NCBI GenBank assembly: GCA_030141605.1
Contig: JAQGDQ010000037.1
Span: 806,001 to 870,000, forward strand
From: Tubiluchus corallicola
Lineage: Eukaryota; Animalia; Priapulida
Length of the DNA: 64,000 bases
Direction of reading: 5' to 3'
Of this stretch, positions 49,757-64,000 are shown piece after piece (position 1 is the first letter of the stretch; each line of letters begins with the position of its first letter). The notes under the pieces are model-generated. The model had not been told where the DNA came from. It did no database searches and saw only the letters and a list, made by a program, of their open reading frames with translations. Made by a program: the position numbers and the translations under genes.

Positions 49757-52700
49757 ATGCATGATGCTTATGAAGCTGTTCTTGCTCTGACAAAGTTACC
49801 TTTGCCGATAGAATCAATTGCAAGCTATGGTAACTAATTAACTTGTATTGGGATCTTCCCAAAATCTGTGAATAGAAATTTTGTTTTGCCAGTATTTTTA
49901 ATCTTGTTAAAATCGTTTCTTTTCATTCTCTGTTAGCTAAATTGCCATTTAATTAGTTGTAAATGCTAGCTGTGATAAATGTGTTAGCTGTCACTGTACT
50001 TAAACCACAGTAGTATTATTAACATTAGAAAGAGTAATTTGCTTTTGGGGCAATCTTTAATTTTTGATATAAAGCCAATTTGTAGCACACTAATGTTAAA
50101 AAAGTTATTCAAAGTAAACCCCACGCAAAGTCAGCAGCTACAATGGCATCTCACCCAAATTTCTGAAACTTAGTGCAGAAGTTCTAACAACTTTCTTAAC
50201 TATTATTTTTATTTTTAACAACATTGTCACCGCTAGAAATTATCCTGAATTTCTAAAAAAAGTGAAATTATCCCACTGTTTAAGAAAAATGACGATCGTT
50301 CAGACAAAACTTGCTACAGGCCCATCAGTATACTCCCTGCAGTCAATCAGACCTTCAAAAAATTATTGCATGATCAACTAGCAGCCATTTTGATACCGCC
50401 CTAAGTAAAGAATTCTGTCCCTTTCGCAAAAACTTTAGTTGTCATGATGTTTTAATTAGGCTTATAGAAGACTTAAAGCTTAGTCTAGGAAATAATTTAA
50501 TGTCAGGTTGTGTCTTCGTCAACTTATCCAAGGCACTTAATTGTATTCCCTTAAGTTATTATTGTGTAAATTTAATGCATAATGGAATTTCTGATGACAC
50601 ATGTACATTGCTGAAGTCTTATTTTATAGATAGAATGCAAAAGGTCAAAGTTGGTAATGCAAGAAGCAAATGGTTATATGTTATGAAATGTGTTCCGCAA
50701 GGCGTACTGGACTCTTTGCTTTAATGTTTTTTCTCCCAACTTAACCAAAGTAAGCTCTATAATTACGCCGATGACAATACCATCCTCACTACAGAACCCT
50801 CACTTAAGAAAACATTAAAGATCGCCACTCAAAATGTTGTAAATTGGTTCGAAAGCAACCTGATGACAGTAAGCCATGAAAAATTTCAGGGTATTTTACT
50901 ATCTAAGCAAAACATTCACGATGATGAAAAATTTATTCAGCCTCCCCCCTCCCTAAATAATACTGTAATATGAAAGGTGTTCAAATTCAGTCGAACTCAG
51001 AGTGTACATAGATGAAAATCTGGACTCCTTTGAATATATCACTTTCGTATGTAAGAAAGCTGCAAGGCAAGTAAATTGAAAATATTCCATGAAAAGTTTA
51101 GTTATTATTCATTAATTTTTCATTGCTGTGGCATTACAAATACTAAGAAAATGGAGAAGATACATAGAGCATTGAAATTTGTCTTTAATGATCAGCTATC
51201 CTCCTACATGCAACCTATTCAACATTCTGGCACACAAACCTTGATTAGTGAACATCAGAATCTACTTGCAGTTGAAGTATTTAAACACTTATATAGAATT
51301 GGGACCCTGTAGTCTGGAAAACACATTAAGGATTAAGTGTCAACACTATAGCCTGAGATCAGTATATACATTAGAAATTCCCAGATTTTCAACAGTGAAA
51401 TTTGGTTATCATTATCAAGGTGTCAGACTGTGGATAAATTAATTGAAGAATGTAGAACTTGTAGCGATTTAATCAAATTTAAAGGGTAGCAATTTAAACA
51501 AATTTAAAGGTTCTGTAAAAATATTTGAAAAACGCCTCCTGTAAATGTCAGTGCTGCACAACATGTCATATACAATCTTGTACTTAATATTGCAACTATA
51601 TTCTATAAAAATTTTCTAAAATTGTCAACAGTATAATTACTCTGTAAAACAATCTATAGATTCTTAATTGATCAATTTGCTTGTAAACCCACATGTTGAA
51701 ATATTTTACATTTGTAATTATCCTGCAAAATGTCATCTAAACCATTTGTGATTTAGCCAACTTGTTACAAGTCTCTTAGATACCATACTAAACACAGTAT
51801 AACTTGTATTTTACCATTTGTACCAATTGCGTGCTACTGCCCACAAATGGTAGCTCTGTATGGTACGTTTTCTTATCAATCTTGTACTCCTTGTGCATTG
51901 TAGAATTTTTATTTCTTTTTATTTGTCCGAAAATAGCCTTCGGCTAATGTTGTCTTTGAAATAGTCGACAATAAATGAAATTTTTACTACTGCTAGCTCT
52001 ATTCTGATATCAGGAGGACTTTAACATGTTTCTGGATAAATTTACTTTTGAAATGCATTTGGTTCATTGAGCTGTTAATAATGCACAAACTGCATATTAT
52101 GCAGTTAATAATGTTAAAATTGCATAATGTGAATAACCATGCACACAGTGGCAGAAATAATAAACGAATATCTTTTATCAAATTAACCATTTATAACAAT
52201 TTTCTCATATTATTATAGTGTTATCTAAATTAACTTCTATTCTTGTATCTATATCTGTAAACTGTCTTAGGAGTAATTATTTGGAAAGACATCATTGTAG
52301 TTACAAGTTAAATCTTGCATATTTCTGGCTTGTTAATTTGGTAATTTTTGGCTTTTTCAGAAAGCAATTTGCTGGTGGGAACAAAGCAAGGTCATTTGCT
52401 AATGTATGCCATCACTCCTCAACCAGGTATAGCAAATTACATCTAACAGTTTAATATTTTTTGAAAATGTTTGCAGCCATGTTACCATTTAAAAAATGTA
52501 AGTTACTTTAATATTTTGAGCGTAACAAATTTGTGATAATTGTTTTTTCAGTGTCAACAAAAGTTATCGTTTGTTGTAAACATGCCATGTAATTCTTCTT
52601 CAGGTGATCCAAGATGTGATGTTCGGTTATTGCGGTCCAATAAACATTTTTCTAAGAAGCCAATTGTTCAAATGGCTATTGTCCCTGAGCTGCAGATATT

Positions 52701-55700
52701 AGTTAGTTTATCAGGTAATGGGCTAATTATAGGTGTCCTTGCTTTGCTTGCTGTGTTGTTGATTGTCATTTTACAGTGGTGCAGTAATAACACAAAATTT
52801 TCCACACCTGTGTTTATTCTGCATTATAATAATAATCCCTTTCCAACAGTGGTTATTTCTTGAATGTGTTACTTTGATTACAAACATTTAGTGACTTTTC
52901 CTTCACTTTGCCCTAATAGATGTTGGTGGCCTGTGTTATTTTAAAGAGGCATATATACAAACTGATAAGGGTCTAATTTTTGTGTTTTAATAGTTCAATC
53001 ATAGTGAAGTTTCAGACATACAAATATGAGATTATGAGACAAGACAATTATTGGATGTCTTGCCTTGGCTTGATTGATATTGTTTATTACCTATATTATG
53101 TTATATTATGTCGTACGATATGTTATGTTACATTTTTTTACTGGATAATAAATCTAATTGTGTCTTGTTTTATCATATATTACAGACTCAGTTGTTAGTG
53201 TCCATGATCTGGCTGTTTTTAATCTCATTACCACTATCAATAAAACTAGAAATGCAACAGTATTCGCCTTAGACATACAGGTAACAATGCACATTAGACT
53301 GGGGAAACTACTTTACAAAGTCAAAGTAACATAGTTTACAGAGTTTTAAAATGAGACGTGGATTTCTTTTTTGAGGAAATTGTTGAGCCAGTGCAATATG
53401 TGTAAAAACATGAATGTGCTTTCAGAAATGTTTGCAGTCAGCTAAACCTCTATATGATGTTAATACTTGAATTATTGTCATTAAATTCTCTAGATCAGTT
53501 TATAATCATGCTCATCTTGATTTTTGCAACTTCTGTATATAAAATTGATTTTTATGAAAAAAGTTATTTTACACAATTTTGGAAACTAATATTGAGTGTT
53601 TAAACATTTATTTGTGAATTCTCATGAACATTATGAAACTTAATTTTTCTTAAACACAAGGTTCATCCTCATATAACTATATCAAGTTTAGGGTAGGTAG
53701 GTGGCAGGAGACATGATAACGCCATTATAACTCAGTATAGGTGATTCAGTCTTGATTTCATTATCTGATTTCACGCTTTTTTTCACGTATGAACAACCTA
53801 CTCGTCCAGTATGTCTGACAGTGATGTGGGGAGGAGGAATCTGCAAAATGGGCTGATGAGAATGTGTTCAGTGAATTGGGGCTGCCACTGCCGATGCCAG
53901 TAGAATCCACTGATAGTTTCCCATTAATTAACAAGAGTGATGTTGTTTCCTGTCCTTGCATAGAGGAAGAATAAAATGTATAAAACCTACTTCAGAGTGA
54001 TATTGATATCAATATAAGAGTGGGGCATATGTTGATAGGTAGGCGGTTGGGTATATGATAACGCCCTTGTAATGCAAGGTACGTAGGTCATCGAAATTGG
54101 CTGAAAACTTGATATCGTTATATGTGGGGATGACCACACAAACAAATTTATTATCTGCTTGTGTAGGGCAAGCACAACTGGATCCAAGTCATCTATACAT
54201 TTTATTAAATCTAATATTTCTGAGTCGTTAAATCCATGAATTTGAACTGAGGTATTAACTTAATTTAAATTTAAATGTTGGTTTCACTGACTAAATACAA
54301 TTGTTTCAGAATCAGACTTCACTGAGCGGCAATCAAGTGACTACGCTGCGGATGTGTGTTGCAGTTCGACGAAAATTGCAGCTTTACTACTGGAAGAACA
54401 GGAATTTTTTAGAGCTTCAGGTTTATTTTTTGTGTTCATAAATTGATGATTTTTGAAATTTGCAGAATTTGCAAAAAAAGAGGAGGTAAAGTGCCTGCAG
54501 TATTGTCATTGTTATTTTTAGTGGAAGTAATAACTGCAGAGGATAGTATAAAATGGGTAAATGTAGATATGAATTGCTACCAGTTAAAAATCATTTAACA
54601 AGAATGATATAGTTTCTAAAAGAATGATATGTTGTCACATAACCTAGAAAAAACTGCTTCACAATACTTGTTGTCAGCTTTTTGTTGATTTAATTCTTTT
54701 CGTGGTACATAAATGAATGATATAATAATCAAAGTGTAATGTCTTGTGACTGTTAAAGCTATTCATAACTAAATATTTTATGCTTGCAGCCAGACCTTGG
54801 TGTTGGCGATATTCCAAAGAGTCTTGTATGGTGTGGGAACTCACTATGTGTTGGTTTTAAAACTGAGTATTTGCTCATTCAGGTATTACCATTCACCGTT
54901 ATTCACTCCATTATTGATCTTTATTAAATGAGATTACATAATTTACATTTTTTATATTTTGTCATTTTTGCTGCTGTGTAGGTTGAAACTGGTGGAGTCA
55001 AAGATTTGTTTCCACTAGGCAAGAATGAACCTCGAATTACAAAACTTGACGACAAAAAATTGGCACTTGGTAAAGATGAGATGACTATATTTCTCGATTC
55101 AGAAGGAAATGCTACCCAGAAATTTGCTTTGACATGGTCAGACATGCCCATTGCATTAGGTAACGCTGTATCCACTTGATACTAAAATCATGTAAAGTGC
55201 TAGCCACTCACTATTATACGGTAATTGTAACTGACACCATTAAATTTGTCGTGGAACATATGCGCTAAAAATTTTTTGCATGGTTTCACTGGATCTATTA
55301 CAACCAATTTAACTTTTTTAAGATTACGATGCACCATATTTGATTGGTGTTCTGCCGAGGTACGTTGAGATTCGAACAGTCGAATCCAGATCCTTAATTC
55401 AGAGTTTGGAGCTTGTAAAGCCAAAGTATATAACATCCTGTCGTCAAAGGCATGGGTAAGTTTGATAGACAAACTTTTAATGTTGCCACTCAATACATAT
55501 TCTCTGTCATTTTAATATGTAATCTATGTATTGTGCAACAAAATCGATTTGATTACTATATTCTCAACAGCTTAAGGATTTATTTTTTCAGGTCAAGAAT
55601 CTATGTTGCCTCATTGTCTCATGTGTGGTGGCTAGCACCTATACCGCTAAATGAGCAAATTCATCAGTTGGTTCAACAGAAACAGTTTGAACTAGCTTTG

Positions 55701-58700
55701 AAGCTAGCAGTAAGTATAAATTTATAGATACAACACTGGCAGATATTAAGGATTTTTCAAGGGCAACAGCTTACAATGCTTTCACTTTCTTGCTAATATT
55801 AGGCACTGCATGTTTTGTACAATACTACGTGCAGCATATTTACTTCTACAGCCAGTGTCACCAACTTCTAAATTTGCTATTAAATTAAAGGAAACTAGCA
55901 CATCTTTCAGTGTTAGTATTGCCGTGCTTTTTATTACTTGCTTGTCACATTGGCTCAGTATGCTCGACAAGCTTGCTAAATATATGTTCTTTTAAATATA
56001 ATTACAAAACCAGATGCTGCACCTTATCTCCGAAAGAAAAGTTATTAAGGGATTATAATTTATTTTTTTTATTAACTGTTTATTCGTATATGTTTAGCAC
56101 AAACAAATACAATAAGTATATCTAGAAACAGCTTTCAGGCAATGGACACCATTTGCAGTGTAAAACTTCCTAAGAAATTTATCTTAGAAAAACCATGATT
56201 ACTTGTTAGAAATTTTTCAATTTTTTAACTCTCTGTACCCATACGAGAAAAAGTTTTGGGACAGTGTCTATATACATTAATAAAAATATTTGTTTAATAT
56301 TTTATTTAGGATAAATCTGAAGAATCAGAAGAAACCAATAATGAAACAATTCATAGGATTAAGACACTTTTTGCCTTCCACCTTTTTTATCAACATAGAT
56401 TTAGAGAATCCATGGACTTGTTTATAGCTTTAGAAACAGGTGTGTTTACTATAATTTTTTTTTTTGTAATCATGTAGAAGTCAGCTTAAATTGCTCGTGA
56501 TTTTTTTGGAGTTAATCTTTTTAAAAAAAGTTCTTGCTTATATATGTGCGTGTGTATATGTGTGTTTGTGTGCGTGCGTGTGTGCGTGTGTATATATATG
56601 TGTATGTATGTATATATATGTTTCAGTATATGAATGTGTACTTTCCTGTATTTTAACCAGATTATTTTGTGAAATTATTGGTTATATTTTGTTTAGATCC
56701 ATCACATGTGATAGGCTTTTATCCAGACTTACTACCTCCTGATTATAGAAATAAACTGGATTACCCTGATAAACTACCAGAATTAGTTGGTGCTGATTTA
56801 GAAAATGGTTTGGTAGCACTTATTGAGTACCTTACACAGGTATGTTGTAGTATATATATAATTGCTAATTTTACTATTGATAACTACTTTTTTTTACTAA
56901 ATACCAACATGCCTGTTCAAAATTTTGAAAAGTTTTGCTTCTAAAGTTCATGAAATTACAACTTTGTGATGTTAATAAAAGTATTGTAAAATATTTTTAA
57001 GAATTAATAGATAATATTCTTATTGCCAATTGCTACTTCCAACCAAAAATAGTCAAACAACTTTATAATGTTAAAAAGTTGATGATTTTTTTTATCAAGT
57101 TTTTGTAATGATTATCTTTTGCACTGAGGCTCGTGTTTTATCGTTTTGAATACTACTGTGCTTTTCTAGCAAAAAAGCACGATTGTGAACTCTATAAATG
57201 TGCTATTTCTAGCATAATTATTGGGAAGAAATGAAATTTGTGAGCAAGAATATTTGTCTTTTCTTGGCAGATAAGGATGAAACTTGTCACAGACATGACC
57301 AAACAGGCAAAGCAGATGCAGTTTTCCAGTGCTACAGTTGAAGGTAGCAAAACTACAAAATTGTCTCAGTGGCAACAGCTACAAATCATCGACACAACTT
57401 TGTTGAAATGCTATTTACAGGTGAGTCATTTTTTACCTTTGATAAACTTGGTTACGTCATCTTCAGCATCAACTTTAAAAGTAGCAGTTTATGATCAGTA
57501 TCCTGCAATTCTTAAAATAAAGTAGATGATTTATATGGAGAAAATGGTTATCGTCAGACAATTTATATGTTTTCATTCGCCCCATACAAGCTTGCTGAGA
57601 TCAATGACTCCGACAGTGTTAGTTCAATAAGTTCCTCAAGAAGCATTCAATTGATTCAGTAGCTGGAATGTCCGATGAAATGGTGGCTAGTGGTTTAAAG
57701 GCCTATATAACGCTATCATACACTGTTGTTTTTTTAACACATTATTATGATTACGTAAGGAAATCATGGTTATTTTTACACAAAAAAAACTTATAATAAA
57801 AGAACCTTTTTTGGCAAATTTTGAATTTGTGCATTACCATAAAGATTGCCAAGTTTTGTGCCTTCGGTGCGATTTAACGAGAATGACGCACATAGTACAG
57901 AAAGTGTCTTTGGTTACCGATGTTTATTTACCGATTTCTGGTGACATCGTGACTGCACTCATTACATCATTCATCTCGCACAACAAAAATGGCGGTTCTT
58001 CAACTTTAATACCGCCAACAGCGAAGTGACAGAAAATCAAAAGAAAAATTTTTGCAGTAAGTTTATAATAAAATAAATTCATATTCGTAACGAGAGTAGG
58101 ATTTTAGGTTGTAAAAGCTTATATTATAGTGAGTGGTTTGTTTGATTATAATTAAACCAAGCACTTACAAGTAATCGAGATGAAATGATTTTTTCATAGT
58201 GCTGTTAATACTGACCAAATTACCCCCACTCTGGACCTATATAAAGGACCTACCACTCACCAGTGCAGGAAGTATGTTATTTGTCTCCCCTGATAATTCC
58301 ACATATCTGTTAGAGAAACATCAGGTACAATTTTTTTAAGATCTTTAAAAGTAAAGCCCACAGCCTTTTGCATTGAAAATGAGTTTTCCAGTAGCTCTGT
58401 GACAGACCTGCATGTTTTTAGACAAGTCTGTTGGATTGACATGAACTGCACATTTGCAGATGACAAACTTCTGATTTCTTTTATTGCTCATGTCATAAAG
58501 GACTGCAATCATCGCTTTTTATTGTGTTTTTTATTTGTCAGACCAATGATGCTCTTATCGCTCCCCTTTTGAGGCTGCGCGATAATCACTGTCACTTGGA
58601 TGAAAGCGAAAGAGTGTTGAAGAAACATCAGAAGTATAGCGAGTTGATTATTTTATATCAAAGGAAGAACTTACATAAAAGAGGTATAGTAATGTTTGTT

Positions 58701-61700
58701 TAAGTGTGTGTGTGCGTGGGTGCGTGTGTCTGTGTCTTAGAAGTGTTTAAAATGCTGTGGGATGCTGAGAGAAATTGTTACTCACACTCAGAGCCTTTCC
58801 TACTTTTATGTCATCTTTACTTCCCTTTTGTGCACTATGTTATGTGCCATTTTGTTTACAAGCAGGTACATTTACCATGCACTAAATAGTACTAAATATG
58901 CAAGCGTAGCGATTTTGCTTCGAATCTGTTACGCGCTTGCCCACTGTTACCCAACGAATTTCTGGAAGCGAAACATTTAATTACATGCCTAGCGGTTTCC
59001 TTTTGATGCTCTCGTTGCAAATCCCGCTTTCAGGCTTAATGAGTTATCAGTCAAAGATGCAGGTACAGTAATCAGCTGGTATTCCTTGTGACTTACAAGA
59101 GTTAACATCATACAGCAAATAAGGGCAATGTAAATGAGCAGATGATTCAGAACTGTTTTAGTCACGCACAACAACAGATTTTCAACGTTTTTATAGTTAC
59201 GAGAACTTTGTGGGCCAACTTCTTCACGAGAAAATGAAGCAGCTGACTTTGAAGTAATTTAAAACAAATAAACAGACTTAGAAAAGTTTACTTTTTAATT
59301 TATTGCTACTTCACTTATATAAATTAACATTTTAAAATATTCTTTCTAATTTTTAACTATACAAAGGAATTTAAGCATTACTTCATTTCTAAAATTCATT
59401 AAAAATCTTTGCAGTGCATAGTAAGTTGATGACTCATACTTCTATACCAGTAATACTACACCCATCGTGGTTAATAGGTTCAGTCGGTTAATTGGGTCAA
59501 AACACGTCGGTCCCAAAGTGAGTCTATTAAGCGGCGTCTATTGTAATAATTTACTAGCCAACCCCCGCAAACAGAATTTTGGCCATAAAGTCACAACAAC
59601 AACCCACACCGTACCACACCACACAACCACCCACCATACTAACAACACCACCCACAACACACCCACATAACCCACCACTCCACTCCCGACACACCACCCA
59701 CACCTCCCACACCATGCTGCAACACCGTAACGCAACACAGCACAACACCACCGACACCATATCACAACACCACATCACCCACACCATAGCACGCCACCCA
59801 CAACACACCACACCATACCCACTACACTACCCACACCATACGACCAACACCACCCACACCCCTCCACCCCACCACACTATCCACAACACAGCACCCACAA
59901 CACAACACCCATACCACATTCACCACATCAAATCCACGACATCGCTGGGTGATCATGTTGTTGAAGACGATGATCATGACGACAACAATGATGACACCTA
60001 CAGCACCAATACCAACAGTACAGTATCACAGCGAAACCATTCAAAATATTTTGCACAAAGTCGAATCTTTGTGCTGTGATAAATGCTCTTAGTCTGTCTA
60101 CCAGTGATCAGTAATGTGCAGACAATCTACATAGTTTTGTTTGCTGCTTCTCAAATGATAATTAGGCTAACAGAACTTACTTTCATGTACAATCTGTAAC
60201 TCTACACCCCTCCCATTTTGTTCAGTATACATCTCTCCTAGGGAAACCATCAACACTTTGTAGACTGTTTCGTCTTCTTTCTGCAAGTGTGTTTATTTTT
60301 TCTTAACCTGCCCAAGCAAATTGAATTTTTCTAGAGGCTATTTGAGCAGTTTTCAGCAAAATTTGCATGGGTGGGTGAGGGAAAATGCTCGTAGCGGCTA
60401 TTATTGGCCCTCCCGCAAAATCTAAATATGACTATTACACCCACCACTGAACGGGTTATTCAACCGTTACCAGCACCGCCCTTGGCACATTCCTGTTCTC
60501 TAGAAATAAAAGGTATAAGTTTTGCAAATTTTTGCGAAAAACGATAAAAAAATAAGCCCCCAATGAGACCACACTAAATCGAGACCTTTCATTTGATATA
60601 TAGATCGCCGCAAATGGTACCGTCGTTGGAGCTGTAGCCTCGAATCTTATATATATATATTGTCATTGCTAAGGGAGATCAAATTCTTTTCACGTCAAGC
60701 AAGCGAAAACACTGCTTTCTAAGTATTCCATCTTAAAATACAATTAGTAAATTACGTCTTAATTTACTCTATGTGAAAAATTTTCATCAAGTTTTACCAT
60801 CTCAACTAGATATAAGTTATGGCATGTAATCATTTTCTGATGTAATGTAAAATTTTCTGAATTGAATATACATTTTCTGAATTAAAAAAATGTCGTAGCT
60901 TTTTGCAGATCTTTGACATTATGCAGTACTGTATTCTATTTTAAGTACTTTTGTGAATTCTCACTTGTTTAATTATGAAATTCTACTGTTATACATTGTG
61001 TGATATTGTTTCCTTGTAAACTAGTATCTTGTAAATGCAAAGATGTTTAATTTTAGATAGCAGTTCTTTGGAAACAAGTTTAACGCAAGGACATCATCTT
61101 GCAGTAAAAAAAATTGAAATTTTATTTTTACTTTATTTCAGCTTGAACTCTAGTTCATACATTTTAAAAAACACATTTAAATTGGCAACAGTATCGAACT
61201 TTTTTCTACATGCATTACTAACTTCCTGTGCTTTTATTTAGTTTTTGGCTTGAAAATTTACTAAGGCTAACCATGCATTTGGCTTCTTCTTGTCGTACAG
61301 CTCTAGATCTTCTACTAAAGCAAGCAGTGAAGCCAGATTCACCTCTCAGAGGTCACGAAAGGAGTGTCCAGTATTTACAGCATTTGGGTCGTGACCATTT
61401 GCAGCTTATATTTGATTACGCTGGATGGATTCTAAAATCACAGCCTGAAGATGGGCTCAAGGTAAGACATTCTGTTACAGTTAATTTTGTGAGTGTGATT
61501 TTCTTTTAAACTGGTGAGGAAGTAAGAAAATTTGTTTTTATTGTGAGCAATCTCTTTTGTCTATTTAATAATAAAGTTAGTTTATAATTATTTGATAAAA
61601 TTGCTGTACTTCACAGATTTTTACAGAAGACACACCTGAAGTTGAAGCTTTACCGCGTGATAAAGTTTTACAGTATTTACAGCAACAAGCTCCAGATTTA

Positions 61701-64000
61701 GTAATTCCTTATTTGGTAAATATAACAACTTTTTTTGCAATAATAAGATATGAATGCCTAAAGCTAATGAAACATTACTCTGATATTTCTAAACCTTTAT
61801 TTATTTATTTTTTGTTATACTAGTGTGACTTTTGATTTGACTTTTTTAACTGTTTGCACTGATTTTTCAAAGTATTGTTCTCTTTTCTAAGTTTGAATAA
61901 TCATATTTAGTATAATAATTGATTTATAATCAATTTTTGTTTTGATTGATTAGGAACATGTAATATTGGAGTGGAATGATCAAATGCCTTATTTTCATAA
62001 CACTTTGGTACTCCAATATAGACAGAAGGTGCAAAAGCTTTATGCCGAGTACAAGGATTCATTACCCGAAGGTAATCAGGCTTCTTTGACTAAGTCTATA
62101 GTGTAGGATCTAGGCAATTTGTGTACAGTTTGTACACATTAACATGCTAGTAATTCAGAGTTAAATGCACCACTTTACTAATCTGATGCTGCTCTGTAAC
62201 TTCTAGATATTCAGTTCTACCGCTGGTACATGAACGTTAGTGATTATAGATTTTCTTTTTACCTAAGAAATTATAAAATTACAAATCAACAGAAAAGCAA
62301 GTTTACATATTTTCCAACAATATGATGTGATTCATGTTTGCAGTAAGTATGTTGGTTTTGTATTTGGGGGGATTTTTGCTTTTATGTACAGTTTACATTT
62401 GTATGGATTCATACATAGGCATTTGGTTCACAATAGGTCACAGATGTAAACAAATTGTAGTGAAATGGTGTTGTTTGCCTGTGTGAGCATTTATAATAAA
62501 TACCAATTCAGATAGCATTTAGTATAAAGAATATTTTGCCATCTAAACAATAAGTCATCTGCATTTTTAAATACTAAGCCATTATTTAAATTGTGACTTA
62601 CATAATGCTTAAAGATATTTTTAGCACTGTGCAATAGTTACTAGTATATGTCCTAACTATATTTAAATTTGATGAGGAATGTGAAATGATTGAAAAAATT
62701 TTGTTTACTTATGAAATTTAGGTCAATTTCCTGCTGCCTTAGGAAGAGAACCAGGAGAACTAGGAGAGCTCAGACAAAGACTGATCTTTTTTCTTGAATC
62801 ATCAATGCAGTATGTTCCTCAGGCTGTGCTTGTGCAGTTTCCTTTTGATGGTAATTTAATTAGCTTTGACTATTAGTACCCTGCTAGTAATTGGCCACAT
62901 GAGTACTTAGTGACAAAATATTAGTTAGTATGTATAATTTTGTTAGAACACTTTATGCTTGCCAGAGAAGTTATGAATGAAAAAATCATTAAGTACAATA
63001 TTCTATACACTATTTATAAATTATAATGACACTTGCACTGTCTTTCTGATTAGCTTCATTTTTACGAGATGGTCAGGAGACTTTGAACTGGTACTGTGTT
63101 GCGACACCTTGTGAGTGCACAAAGTTAATAGCTTACAATGTGAAAATGTTATCAGTTTTCCTAATAATCTTCCAATTTTTCCAGCCTTGTTTGAAGAAAG
63201 AGCAGTCCTGCTAGGACGACTGGGACGACACGAGCAGTCCTTGTCGATTTACGTTTACATCATCCGTGACATGGACAAAGCAGAAGAGTAATTATCATTA
63301 TGTATTATTGTGTTTTCTATCTATGTATCTATGGTGTTTTATTAAAAATTGCTGTCCATGTGCATTTCATGATAGGATCAGTAAGTCATTATTTTTTTGC
63401 CAAGTGTCTTATGGAGTTCATATGACATTTAGAGTCAGGGACACTAGGGTTTAATTTTCTATTTAAGTCCTGCACGCATCGCAGTTAGTTTCTAGGCTCT
63501 TTAGAACTTGAGAGAGCATCTATGAGCTTTACTGTTTGTTAATCTTACAATGGTTGTCTTAATCCCTTGATGAGTGCAAAAACCGTGTACATGTGCAAAA
63601 GTCGCAACGTGTATTTATCTGAACAGACAAGGATTGGCAAAGATTCAGCTACTGCTGTCTGCTCATCCTGGTACTAACATGAGCTGTTGATGTCTTGTCT
63701 AACTTTAGGAATTAGTAATGGATTAACCTGCTAGGTTACACATTGGACCATTTCTTGGAAGACTGTAAAAGATACATTGCCAAAAAATCACCATGTGTTA
63801 CATTAGCTTTTGAGTTTTCTGGGTATTACCACTATCAATGATAATTTTTTGCATGCGTGCTATTATATAAATAAACTAAAAAATTAACTGAGTTTTAAAA
63901 TGGGTTTTCGTTGAAAGTGAGTATTTTTAGTTTGTCACGTTTTGAGGGACTTTTTTGAAAATATTGCAGTCATTTCTCTTATGTTGCAGATACTGTCGGA
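49757..64000 (+). CDS. VPS39: Vam6/Vps39-like protein (HOPS complex subunit), 3'-partial
   Basis: Exons 49757-49829, 52361-52426, 52604-52714, 53186-53280, 54310-54420, 54790-54882, 54982-55159, 55323-55455, 55592-55709, 56310-56439, 56697-56839, 57271-57420, 58542-58683, 61301-61461, 61617-61715, 61954-62071, 62722-62850, 63185-63287, 63990-end. Motifs MHDAYE..KLPL, LLVGTKQGHLL, SNKHFSKKPI, RMCVAVRRKLQLYYWK, KQFELAL, QIIDTTLLKCYLQTNDALIAPLLRL, EDGLKIFTED and LFEERAVLLGRLGRHEQ. Confidence 0.97.
50140..51990 (+). mobile_element. Decayed CR1/L2-type LINE (RT region plus 3' UTR) in VPS39 intron 1
   Basis: IIPLFKKND..DKTCYRPISILP, FRKNFSC, FVNLSKALNCIP, VPQG, LYNYADDNTI and IPRFSTVKFG appear across frameshifts. 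A terminal hairpin TAGCC-TTC-GGCTA (~51933) is followed by AATAAA (~51970). Confidence 0.9.
56540..56625. repeat. (TG)/(TA) microsatellite
   Basis: tatatgtgcgtgtgtatatgtgtgtttgtgtgcgtgcgtg... Confidence 0.85.
59592..59930. repeat. C/A-rich low-complexity tract (cacca/cacaa units)
   Basis: The tract is dominated by CAC/ACC/ACA runs, which produce the spurious His/Thr/Pro-rich and Val/Trp/Cys-rich ORFs. Confidence 0.85.

Noticed and set aside
59467-60079. 166-aa His/Thr/Pro-rich ORF and overlapping antisense ORFs
   Set aside because: They arise from a C/A low-complexity tract inside a VPS39 intron, and no splice-compatible exon or domain is present.
63560-63640. Hammerhead-like TTGATGAGTGCA...CGCAACGTGTA
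   Set aside because: Both core boxes are mutated (TTGATGA, GCAA) and the stems are not convincing.

Overview
AT-rich, intron-dense genomic DNA from an invertebrate animal. It is not prokaryotic, and most ORFs in the supplied track are exon fragments or noise. By hand-splicing GT-AG exons I can support four genes in two head-to-head pairs. (1) An unnamed secreted protein with EPTP/EAR-like beta-propeller repeats (minus strand, ATG 10067) runs off the left edge and is divergent from (2) RRP15 (plus, 11303-16389, complete). (3) The tubulin polyglutamylase TTLL5 (minus, ATG 45652 to at least 19480, last exon unresolved) is divergent from (4) VPS39/Vam6 (plus, ATG 49757), which runs off the right edge. 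The introns hold an internally deleted hAT transposon, several MITEs, decayed LINEs, a solo LTR inside a minisatellite and many tandem repeats. The most notable unexplained signals are: a minimal type I hammerhead-ribozyme motif of the Penelope-element kind (23699-23749); a ~650-bp foldback whose two arms each carry a degenerate hammerhead-like core; the same CTGTACGTACAG palindrome in both divergent promoters; a tandem array that amplified a TTLL5 splice donor and lost GT in most extra copies; and two hAT-like elements with apparent 7-bp target duplications. All calls come from reading the sequence and recalled family motifs; no searches were run.
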